Origin: Cenococcum geophilum
Lineage: Eukaryota
NCBI GenBank assembly: GCA_050273025.1
Contig: CP158635.1
Span: forward strand, 29,698,001 to 29,762,000
DNA: 64,000 nt
Direction of reading: 5' to 3'
Below, in pieces: positions 50,986 through 61,924 of this stretch; position 1 is the first letter of the stretch; the number at the start of each line of letters is the position of its first letter. The notes below the pieces were generated by a model. It did no database searches. It was not told the DNA's origin and saw only the letters and a list, made by a program, of their open reading frames with translations. The position numbers and the translations under genes are program-made.

Positions 50986-52022
50986 AACGGGAAGGGAGTT
51001 ATATAGACTAGCACTAAAGATTTTAAAGCAGAGGCTTAAGATATATAACGACATACCAAAGGCCCTTTTAGCTATACTTACTCAGATCCAAATAGGAAAG
51101 GTAGCTCTAAAGAGCTACCTCTATAGGATTAAACGTGCGCCTGACTTAAGGTGCACGTATAGGGATAAATAGATAGGACAATACGTCCTAGTTAAATATC
51201 CTAATTTTAAAGAACTAAGGAAAGAAATATAGCCGTATAATAGCTAACCTTAGAGCATTTAAAAGATCTTAAACAAGATATAGTTAGTAAAGAAGATAGT
51301 AATCTATATAGTATAAATAGGCCTCCTAGGGCAGTTTATAGAGGCTAGGAATAGACTAGAAGTAACCACTTAAGTTTCTCTTAACGGTAGACACGTTATA
51401 TATGATATTAGCAAAAGATAGATAGTATTATAGTAAGAAAACAGGCCCTAAAAAGGCTTAGCTTTAATATATAGTACAGAACAGAGGTATTTTGTATATT
51501 CACTACTTTTTAATTATTTAATTTTAATTATTTCCTTTATATAGGAACTTACCCTGCTTGCATATGTCTTTATAATTACATTACGATGGCGTTCTTTTCT
51601 AGTTCCCTTGCTTTTTAGACGCTTGCTTCTCTCCTGGGCACCATACACCTACAGCACGTGGAAGACAGGCGGACGAGGGCCTCACGGAATCACTGCTGCA
51701 GGTGAGACGGGTGATTACCCAAGACCTACCTCTGTAAAATAGAAGACCCGGCATGGCGCCCTTAAGGCAGCTAAAACGGTGTATGATTTCAAAAAAAAAA
51801 AAAAAAAAAAAAGCAGGCTCAGCGAGCTGTGCATTGCCACGATTTGGGGCGCAGTCCATGCAGCCAACAAAAACAAGTAGCTTCGACTTCCTATATGTAG
51901 CCAGCCTGATCCTGCTATAAGATCCCAAGATGCCAGATTATAGAATATTCCCATTCATACCCTGAGTACGATTATTATCAAGTTTCATATTACTACTTGC
52001 TATAATTGAAACAGAGTTGGAT

Positions 52023-53002
52023 ATGGCCAATGTACCACCTCGAGTACACGAATACGCTACTTCAATTTCACGGTCCATCGGATCTTTCGACAGTGTACCA
52101 TCCACCGAAATACCAGAAATTTCGGACAGCGATAACGAGGATGTAATTGTTGAAGGACTAGTTCCACCAGTACATGCCACAGTTCTTCAGCAGACGATCG
52201 GTCCAAGGACAGCAAAGCAAGACGGTCAGCCGCAATATAATGTCGACCGAGCAATTTGCTCACTCAACATTATTTGCTATCGTCATAACGGCACTTGTGT
52301 GATGGAACCAATCATGACGACAATGGAGAGCCGATATCGTACCCCGGAGAGCTACCAACAAGCTCTCAAGCAGAAGCCTGATTTGATCGTGAATGATTCA
52401 CAACTCTTTACGCAAATGAGGCAGAAATACCGGACTCGAATGTGCGGTTTCTGGAGACGCTGGTTTGGGCTAAAAACACTCCGTAGCTTTCGAATACTCG
52501 AGGTAAGGGAACCAAATTCACGTATTCAGTGACTTTTCGGCTGGTGGAAACCTAGGAACTATGACGAATAACTCGAATTCCAGTATAATCGAATTAGCCG
52601 GCCACATCCAATTCCACTCGACAACCTGATCCTTCAAGAGATCCTCTATACCTACAAGAATGCATCCAAGATCAACACCGAGACGGCATGGATTGAGTGG
52701 GTTTTTCGGCTGCGACAAGAGGACAAACGTCATGCGCTCGAGTTCGTAGAGGGGTGGAATCTTTCCAGGGTCATTATTGTAGGATGCCTCCCATGGTTGA
52801 TCTCTTTAATCATTGGTATTACTTGGGTGGCTGTGACGAAAGACGCGCAGACGGCGTTTACAGTTGCCAGCTTCGTCTTGACAAGTGTGACAGGTGAGTC
52901 TAGCCCGCAATGTTTGACTTTCTCAGGCTGTACTCACCGCTGGTAGTGATGCTGGCATTGTTAGCATTCATAAGTAGTGTTGAGAGCTCCCGTGAATCTT
53001 AA
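52023..53002 (+). CDS. Uncharacterised fungal protein with two C-terminal transmembrane helices, 3 exons
   Basis: Exons 52023-52502, 52584-~52893 and ~52947-53002 splice in frame through GT-AG introns; WIEWVFRL..HALEFVEGW, TM1, DAQTAFTVASFVLT, TM2; no RIP bias. Confidence 0.82.
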
Positions 53003-53515
53003 TTCTAGCGTACCGTTTGAGTTTTACAGGTCAAGAATCGGGCAAAGCTGAGCTTAATCACTACATGTAGCTAGAAAATTTGTCTTACATCAACATCGCA
53101 GAGTGAATCATTCACGTATACCCCGTCAGAGTCAGAGCCTAGGTATGGTATTCCACGGTAGGCTGAGGGGATCAAGAGAGCAGAACAGTATATTGTGGTA
53201 AGGTACAGAACGAATCGTAAAACCCCCCTCCCAAAAAAAGGGGTAACTTAACGAAGGTATATATACCGAGCTCGGGCCAGGATGAGGTGATTTCGCCAAG
53301 CATAAGACAGACTAGCCCATTTGGGTTTCTGGATAGGACTACATAATGAGTGCGTACCTCAGCTGGTCTTCGCAGACTTGAAGAGCTTTTTATTCCAAGC
53401 GCAGGTATTACGGACTCGAGTTGTTCTACTACCAAGAATCTGTCCAAAAGTGCTCACTGGCGTAAGGGTTGGAGGTCAGAGCTTGCTCAACGCTCTGGGA
53501 GCGACTAAAATGGCC

Positions 53516-55027
53516 TTATCTCAGTAAGCGACTCAGGCGGCAAACGAGATAAATCTCGCTAGTACTTAACTAGTATAGCTTTATATACAACCCCTACTAG
53601 CTTTATTAAACCCCTGCTAGCGTTATATAACCCCTGTACTTAAAAGCGCTGTCTCATTTACCGTCTGAGGGCCTTTGGTGCGAAAGTATAAGAGGGTCAA
53701 CTCGTTAACCAAACGCGACACTGCTAAAGAGTAATATATCTCCACCAGTTAACTAGTCAACTACTATAAAAGGTAATCGATTATATTCTAAGGGCCGCTT
53801 TATTTATCTATGTACTTATTTATGCATTTTAGCCAATATAAAGTTCTAAAATTACAGGTCGAAATTTCTCAACGCGATATTTTGCGACGACTCGCGAATC
53901 CCCTCCCAATGCCCCACAACCCCCCCAGCCTCTTCAACCCCCCACCCCCCCAAGAGCTTCGATAGAGCTTCGAGCTAAGCTTCAAGCAGAGCTTCAATAG
54001 AGCTTCGATAGAGTTTCTAGCAGAGCTTCGAGCAGAGCTTCGATAGAGCTTCGAGCAGAGCTTCGGATAGGGCTTCGAGCAGAGCTTCGGATAGAGCTTC
54101 GAGCAGAGCTTCGATAAAGCTTCGAGCAGAGCTTCAATAAAGCTTCGAGCAGAGCTTCGAGCAGAGCCTCGAGCAGAGCTTTGAGCAGAGCTTCAAGCAG
54201 AGTCTCGAGCAGAGCCTCGAGCAGAGCCTCGAGCAGAGCTTCGAGCAGAGTCTCGAGCAGAGTCTCGAGCAGAGTCTCGAGCAGAGTCTCGAGCAGAGTC
54301 TCGAGCAGAGTCTCGAGCAGAGTCTCGAGCAGAGTCTCGAGCAGAGTCTCGAGCAGAGTCTCGAGCAGAGTCTCGAGCAGAGTCTCGAGCAGAGTCTCGA
54401 GCAGAGTCTCGAGCAGAGTCTCAGCAGTCTCGAGCAGAGCTTTGAGTAGAGCTTCGATAGAGCTTCGAGTAGAGCTTCGATAGAGCTTCGAGCAGAGCCT
54501 CAATAGAGCTCGAGCAGAGCCTTGTGTAGGGCTTTGAGTAGAGCTTTGTGCAAGCGTTTATGCAGACGTTCGTGCAGACGTTTATGGAGACGATGGAGAC
54601 GTTCGTGTAGACGTTTATAGAGACGATTATAAGCTTCCTAGTATATTAGTGCTGGGGACGCATCAGTATCTACCCAAATACTAGAAGCGCGTAACTCGTA
54701 AGGAAGTGGTGTTCCCATCATAAAAAAGTAATCGATTGTAAAGGAGACTAGTCTAACTCAACTCGTTAGCTTATTAGGTTAAATAGGTATTATTAGGGTG
54801 TTAAATATACGGGAGAGAGTGTCTCCCATACAAAATCGCGAAAATTAAAGTTAAGCGCTATAGAGTTCAGCACCAAACGCCCTCAGACGGCAGGGCAAAC
54901 TAAAGGTCGGTAGATAGCTGATTGGTTAAAAAAAGTGGCGTTTTTTAGGACGAAGACTAGTGATACTTTAGTATTAGTGAGTGCGCCTTTAGTTTGCCCT
55001 TGCCGTCTAAGTCGCTTACTGAGATAA
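53516..55027. mobile_element. Complete 1.5-kb non-autonomous TIR element with subterminal hairpins and an internal minisatellite
   Basis: TIRs TTATCTCAGTAAGCGACTCAGGCGGCAA / TTGCCGTCTAAGTCGCTTACTGAGATAA; TSD AAATGGCC (53508-53515, 55028-55035), or 10-bp AAAATGGCCT if the TIR is one base shorter. Confidence 0.9.
53953..54530. repeat. 12-bp tandem repeat (GAGCAGAGTCTC and variants)
   Basis: Perfect core copies ~54243-54420, degenerate flanks; explains the spurious LLET and SSRV ORFs. Confidence 0.95.
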
Positions 55028-55139
55028 AAATGGCCTACTATATCTGTGGCCCCAGCACGTGACTCACATTTTGAGCTTGTCCCACGCTTTGCCTATTAAG
55101 TAACTAGGCATTTCGATTGCGGAAACATTTCAACTATAC

Positions 55140-55293
55140 GAAGACGAGTTGGTAAAACTCATGCCAAGAGCTGCAGGACGGGCTCCGTAGTATAATTAGC
55201 GGTATTTATAGCAGTAATTAAAGCGCAAAGGTACTTCAAGATTGCCACCACTAGTAGGGAGGGCGGCCGACCCGCTCTGGCCACACCCTTATA
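55140..55293 (+). mobile_element. Tc1-like 3' end fragment with TIR
   Basis: DELVKLMPR resembles the Tc1 C-terminus; 55251-55291 is an imperfect inverse of 36663-36702; followed by TA. Confidence 0.6.
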
Positions 55294-58200
55294 AACCGCT
55301 ACTTATAAAAGCCCACTATTAGCGCTATCTAATACGTGTATTTTATATCTGACGCTTTACCGAATATATAAGGTGGCCACCAGAGACTGCTTACGTGCTC
55401 TTAAAAGTATACGTAAAATGTTATAAAAATACTAAAACTAGAAATAAAAGAAATATATAAGGCTAGATCTAGAAATATTAAAGAAGTTCCCATATAAAGA
55501 CCCCTATGAACTTTATAACGACCTAAAGCCTACTTAAATACACTTAAAGAAGTTCCTATATAAACAGCCCTATAAGCGTAGCTATAAGTCTAAGCCCCCT
55601 CGCGTAACCTAACTACCCCTCGCTACTATATCGGAATAGATAAACAACCGCTATATATAATAAGTAGAGAAATAATTTAAATAAAGAGAAAACACCGTAG
55701 AATAGCACATTTATATTCTTAAGGTGTAAACCTATAAGTACCGTGGTCTTAAATACGACTAACAGTTACTAAGATGGCATGCGTTCTAGGTCCATAAGGA
55801 AATTAAAAACCCCTAAGTTATTAGCATACATTCGCCTTCTATTATCGCTTTTAAGGTAGTAAATAAGTTTATTTAAAGGAAGGCCTAGATCCTCGCAAAT
55901 GCTTTATAGCTCGCTATAAGTTAAGCGGGTAGAAACTCTAGTAGAAATAGCGAAATATTGTTTTATTTTATAATAGGCTAAGCGAGGAAAGGCTAAGGTA
56001 GGTATATAAGGTAAAAGTTTAATCCTTTTACTAATTTTTATTAGAACTCTTCTTTATATTTATATCTTATATTTATAAACTTAAAACTATAGAGTTAAGG
56101 ACACCGTATTTAATGGTCACCCATTTTTAGTTAATATCGTTAGCCTCGTTATTAACTAATATCTTTTTATTACTATCTACCCCTATTTCTTAATCCTTAG
56201 TACTAAAGCCACTTTTCCTACTATATAATGTCTCTACGTCCTATTCTTAATCCTTATTACTAAAGTTACTTTTTATACTAGTTAACGCCTTTAAGTTGCC
56301 GTTGCTATCCCTAAAGTTAGTTTCTCTATTTATAAATTCCTACTTACTAACTAATAATTTAGAAACGCTGCACTCGCAAGTACTTAGGGGTTGTGTGATA
56401 TTACTTAAGAAGAAGTTATAATTAATACTGTTGGGGATATAGAATATAATAACTACTTCTTCGGCAATGTTTAATATAATATAATATCCTTTGTAAAAGG
56501 GGTATACTTAAGAATAGGAGAATATATAAATAAGGGTATAAGTCTATATGCCTTTAAGTGCTAGCTGCTTAGCGTCTTAAATATAAGTCCTCCCTTAATA
56601 TAAGGCAGATTAATAGGAGTTATTATACTGCCTATATAAGGCAGAGCGCTTATAAAGGGCTTAGCTAGAATACTAATTAAACTATCCTATAATGTACTAA
56701 CAGCTCCTTTACTATAGATAGGGAGTAAATATATAAGATTAACTGGCTAATATAAGTCTACTGCTTAAGCAGTGTCCTACTCCGTAAAGGGTAGGCGTTA
56801 GGAGTATATTATATAATGCTATTCCTACTAAGTAAGGCGTTATTAGGGGGTTATTATTAGCTTTCAGTTCTAGTTTATAACTTTATATAAACGCCTTAGG
56901 GCCCTATACTATTGGGGCTGTTTAAAAGCTAAGTTACCTATTTACTTTATATTAACCTTAGGCTAGGCTTATTAGCTATTAAATTTTTTTTATTTTTTTT
57001 ATATCCAATTGTGTTGTGCTACGTACAATACTGCGCATGCAGCCTCTAGGCTATAGCGCTATAGTTCTATATACATGAATCCTTTCTAGGCAGCTTAACA
57101 TATACTAGTAGCTAAGTGGACACTCTGGCCCGGTTTTAAAATGCTACGGGAGCTCTAGCGACTAGTGTTTTTTCGTTCTGGTATTTTGCTCACTATGGTC
57201 CAGTTTACACCAAGAAAAGGAAATCCTGGCTCTTTTATCTATTTCTGCCGTATTCTGCCGTTCCTAGAGTAGAAAAAGCGCTCTAAAAGATAAATTTTTA
57301 ACGTAGTTTTGCATATAAGAAATAAGAGAAACTATATAGCTTACTAGCTTGAAAGTAGCTACCAATTACCCCTATACGACTGTTTTATTCTATACCCTAT
57401 TCCTCCTCCTTACTAAAGAAATGGGTAGGGAATTAGTAATTAGTAGGTACTCTCCCCAAAAGTAACCTACTAATTCTAGATTTACGTTCTAGAAAACGGG
57501 TATTTTATAAGGGCGAACCTCGTTACGTAAACCCACTCCCATAGGAAATTTTTTACGAGGTTGTCTGTATAGGGTATAAACACTAATTCGCCTATACACC
57601 TTATATTTAACGTGCTAATGGTAACACGGGCCGGTCCCCTTCCCCTATCCCCTACTATAGCTACCCTAGCAGTGCATTGTCTGCGGTACGCCTACGGTAC
57701 GCCTACGGTACGCCTGCGGTCCTCTATAGTTTGATTGCCTATAGCGCGACAGCTGTGGACCGGTTGCAGTAGAGGTCGTCTACAGCACAACGGCTGTAGA
57801 CTGGTTGTAGAAGGTCGTCTGCTCTGCAGCAGACTGGCTGTAGGAGGTCGTCTGCTCTGCAGCAGACTGGTTGTAGGAGGTCGTCTGCTCTGCAGCAGAC
57901 TGGTTGTAGGAGGCCGTCTGCTCTGCAGCAGACTGGTTATAGGAGGTCGTCTGCTCTGCAGCAGACTGGTTGTAGAGGAGGTCGTCTGCCCTGCGGCAGA
58001 CTGGTTGTAGAGGAGGTCGTCTGCTCTGTGGCAGACTGGTTGTGGTGGAATCGTTGGTTGTGGTAGCTAGCGTCGTTGTGACGTGTCTTTAGGGGGTATA
58101 CAGACGGAGGAGCAAAGGGGAGGCGACGGACGCTATTAATTTATTAAAACAACAGGAAGTTATATTAAGGCGCGTAATAGGGCTTAAGCGAAGCCACATA

Positions 58201-60100
58201 ATTAGATAGGCATTACTATAAAAAGCAACGCTTAATTAGAAGAAAGGGGCTAATGCTAACCCTTATTATTTAATATAACCCTTATATAGAGGCACAGCAA
58301 AGTAGGGTATAGATTGGGAAGAATTATGCTCCTATTATGGCTATATTATAGCGCATTTATAATACTATACTAGTATCCCTAAGTTAGTAAATCGGCTCGA
58401 CTTTTAAGGCACAGTTAAAGTAGAGCCCACTATTAGCTCTCCTATTAGCTAAGCGGTAATAAGAAGTAGAATATAAAAGGCCTCTATATTCTTTAACCAG
58501 ACCTATATTAAGTACAGTATCCTTTAAGGAAATCCCTCTTTACTTTCTCGCAAAGACACTTAAACTATTAACTGCCTTATCTCTTTAATAATAAGCGACT
58601 TGGATGCTATAATAGAGGATACCATATTATATCTAATTAAGGTACGCTCTAAATATTAGATCTTTTATAGGATACCGCTAACGGAGCTAGGATATACCGC
58701 TTACTTTTAATCCTAAGGGCTCTAATAAGGCCATTAATATAGTAGGGTAAGTATACAATAGTTACTTCCTTATAGTTTTATCTGTTTGCTAGCTTACTAA
58801 TATAAGTAGGATATCCAGTTAGTACTAGAACGTAAGAGTAATTTAGGGAATAATAAGGCTAATATGGAAGGAACTATAAGGAAATGCTTACCCCGCACTA
58901 ATAAGGTAAAGAAGTCGCCTTAATATAGTCCGCTTAGTAACTCTTTTCGATAAAGCTTATTAAACCCTAGCTTACTCTATTAGAAGCAATAAAGAGACTA
59001 AATAACTTAGTTAATTAACTTAGCTATAGGCTTAGCCAACTTAATAGGAAAGTTAGTAGCCTTAAAAATAGTAACCGCTACGTTATAAGTTATTTAGGGA
59101 AGGTTAACAATTAGATTAACAGCCTAAGAAGTAACTAGAAAGAAATAAGAAATACTATTAGGCGGTTTTAAAATGAAATCTATACTCTTAAAAGAGGTAG
59201 TAATAAAACTTTAGATTATAGAGATAAATAGGGTATAAAGGCTGGAAATAAGATTACGGTATTTAAAAGGAAAAGGGCACACTTAATCTAAGGATAGAGA
59301 AGTCTACAGAATTAAGGAGGAAATTTATTAGCTTAAATAGTATGCTCTTTAGTTATTATATTATTTACTTATTAAAGGAAATTTATATATTAGATTTAAG
59401 CTAAAACTAGCCCTGCCCTTTATAGCAAGTGTTTACCGCATTTATATACTTAATTAGTAATAAGTCGGTAGATCTAACTAAGCTTAGTATCTAAATCGAG
59501 TAGAACTATATTCCCCTATTATATATTTAAGTCTAGTCGCTCTCTACTATTATGGAGGATAGAATTTATCCTTAAAATAGGAGTTAGTTTATAAAATAAT
59601 AGAAGAAAATAGGGCATGCGGACACGATAATAGATATTATATTATAGCAACTATTTAATTTACTAATATGGCAAACACCCTAGCTATTTTAACCCGCGGA
59701 GTTCTACTATTACCCATTACATCTCCCGTATAAATTCATCACGACGTTCTTCCAGCTGCTTATTTAGACCCTCCTTAAGTACCCGTTTTCTCTTCCAATT
59801 CAGTAAAATAACACTTAGCACAGCCCGCGGTTTTAGAACCTTAGCCCACGGTTTTAAAACCTTAGCTCGCGGTTTCAGAACCTCGGCCCATTTAAAGTTA
59901 ATCATCATCGCCTAGCCAACCTCTACATTCTAAAGCATATTATAAGGCATTGTATTTCGGTGCAAAACTCCTAGTTAATAAACAGCCCGAATTAAGCGCT
60001 TAACCTATTCTGTTAGGTATAGCCTATTATTACCGTTAATACGTTAAGAGATTAGTTTCCCCCTAAAACTAAGGAATATTGTATAAACGATCTCTGTAAT
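55294..60100. mobile_element. Heavily RIP-mutated repeats of unassigned class
   Basis: TpA-rich, CpA-poor, no open frames; contains 33-bp, 11-bp and 21-bp tandem arrays; no family motif recognised. Confidence 0.5.
57772..58043. repeat. 33(-36)-bp tandem repeat, about 8 units
   Basis: GAGGTCGTCTGCTCTGCAGCAGACTGGTTGTAG repeated. Confidence 0.92.
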
Positions 60101-60107
60101 ACTGTTA

Positions 60108-61924
60108 CAGTTAAATCTCTTTAGTACGATACGGTTGGTTCGGCCGAGCATATCGTAATACTAAGGGTATCGTTGTATTATATACTTGTATGTAAAATGC
60201 ACCCAAATTTAAAATTAGGTAATGATATTATATATCTACGCTTGTGAAGTCGTAATTAAGCGATTGGCTATACCAAAATATATCGCGATCAATTGCTGTT
60301 TAGTGTTTTGAGGTCGTCGGCCTTAAAGCCGACGCTTATGCCTTAATAGAGTTGTAATTACGTCTCTATTAGAATTGCTTTGCTATTCCTTATAGAGATA
60401 AAGCTTTTATAAGGCTACGAGCGCCTTACTAAGCTTAATTTAAGGCTGCTTAATAACTTCTTTATCTGTTTCCATATCGCGATTAGGCCCTGCGTAGAGC
60501 TCTGCTATATGCTTAATAAGATCCTCTAACGAATCCTCTACTTCCTTACCCGGTAGCTTAATAAAATCCTAAATATTTATTATATCGCGAATTCTTTCTG
60601 CGGCCTTTAGTTATTCCGCTATTTGCTCTATCTTAATAATAATGGGAGAATCTATATAGTCTTAAGGGTGAGGCTATAGGCCTATATAAGAGCTAAATAA
60701 TATAGATTTAATGAAGCAATTCTTAATCGTTTATAGTGTAACTTCTACCTAAGCTTTAATTAACTATTAAATTACCTATAAGATATAGATCTGCTTAATT
60801 AGATCCTTACCTTAAAGCAAGCGCTCCACTATAAATTATAGTTAGTATTACCTATAGAGCAGCTTAAAGTTTATAATTATCCCTTAATTAAAAAGCTGGT
60901 ATATTAAGGTGTAATTAGGAGGAAGGAACTCTATATATATATTCTTAAGAGAGCTATTCTTAATTAGTGTTTAAACAGCTGCTTTATGGGCGCTGAAGCC
61001 GTTAATTAAGAGGAGTATCTTTCTACGGTGTATCATTTTATTAAGCTAGGTAAGCTACTTAAGTATAATTACCGTTATTATCTAGGCCTTCTTATTATAC
61101 CTCTACGTAACGTTTAATAAGGCTATATTAATACAATTAGCTGTAAAGTAATATGGCCATTATAATAAGCTAATTATAAAGAGAGGAAGCTTGTCTAAGC
61201 CATCTATATTAGAGTAATGGCCTAAGGTAATCCGTGCCTTCTACTTATTTATTCCTAATTAAGGCTTAGTAGCTAATATAGTATCTAGTATAGCCTTCTA
61301 AAATAGCCCGGTCTTATCTATATTATAAATATCCTTTAGTAAATAAGGCGTAATAATTACTTAAAGTTCTATTATGCGATCTTCTACTCCCTTTATATTA
61401 ACTAAGGCAGCCTTACTATACTAGTTTCTCTTATAAATACCGTTGCGAGATTTAAAGCCTTCTAACTAGCTAAGCAACTACTTTAGCTCTACTGTTTCCG
61501 CTAGTATAGGTATTCGTTACTATAATTAAGTGGCAGCAGTATATATAAGATTACCAGTAATAGGAATACGAGAGTTCTATAGGTGTTAGTGCTACTTAAA
61601 GAGAGCCTCCTCTAAGAGAGGCTGTTTACTACCTCTCTATTACTCTCGCGTACCTTACCTAGATAGTAATTTAGCTATATTAAGCTTCTAGAATTTATTA
61701 CCTAGTATTTCTAATATTAAGGATTAACTAATCTTTTAATAGATAAAGTTGCTTGCCTATAGAGCAATCTGCTTTTATAATTTATTAGGGTATTTTTAGT
61801 AGTAAGCGCGTATCTTCTAGCGTTTATAATTAGAGAACCCATGGCAGCGTGGCCTTTTAGGATTTTTATGTCTTGCTATAATAAATAAGGTAGAATTAAG
61901 TATAGAGAGCGAGATCTGAGGGTT
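60108..61924 (-). mobile_element. RIP-mutated pogo/Tigger (CENP-B-like, DDE_1) transposon
   Basis: De-RIP readings PLLEEALFEW, GWLEGFKSR, IYNMDETGLFW, NKKAWMT, ILLLIDGFSAH, FLPPNCT..QP.DQGII; TA + CAGTTAAATCTC TIR-like end at 60108; other end cut by an LTR. Confidence 0.85.

Larger units (their letters stand above)
41730..51535 (+). mobile_element. 5'-truncated RIP-mutated Tad1-like LINE (post-RT region, RNase H, C-terminal zinc knuckle), split by two LTR insertions; ends approximate
   Basis: IRQLY|TAIVIP, IIGAF*TIARAAL, RNase H AYTNRS..IYARELRGL..IFTDS*VAI..LWIPSH..GNK*VD (42440-42840); frame resumes after 50990 as GRELYRL..LTQIQIGKVALKSYLYRIK..C. Confidence 0.85.

Noticed and set aside
51791..51812. 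22-nt poly(A) run as LINE tail
   Set aside because: It lies about 250 bp beyond the RIP-marked LINE end, in non-RIP sequence; likely a simple homopolymer.
53994..54503. 169-aa LLET-repeat and 100-aa SSRV-repeat ORFs
   Set aside because: Translations of the 12-bp tandem repeat inside a non-autonomous element.
57735..58043. CRISPR-like array or 91-aa repeat ORF
   Set aside because: Units are head-to-tail with no unique spacers, the context is eukaryotic, and there are no cas genes.
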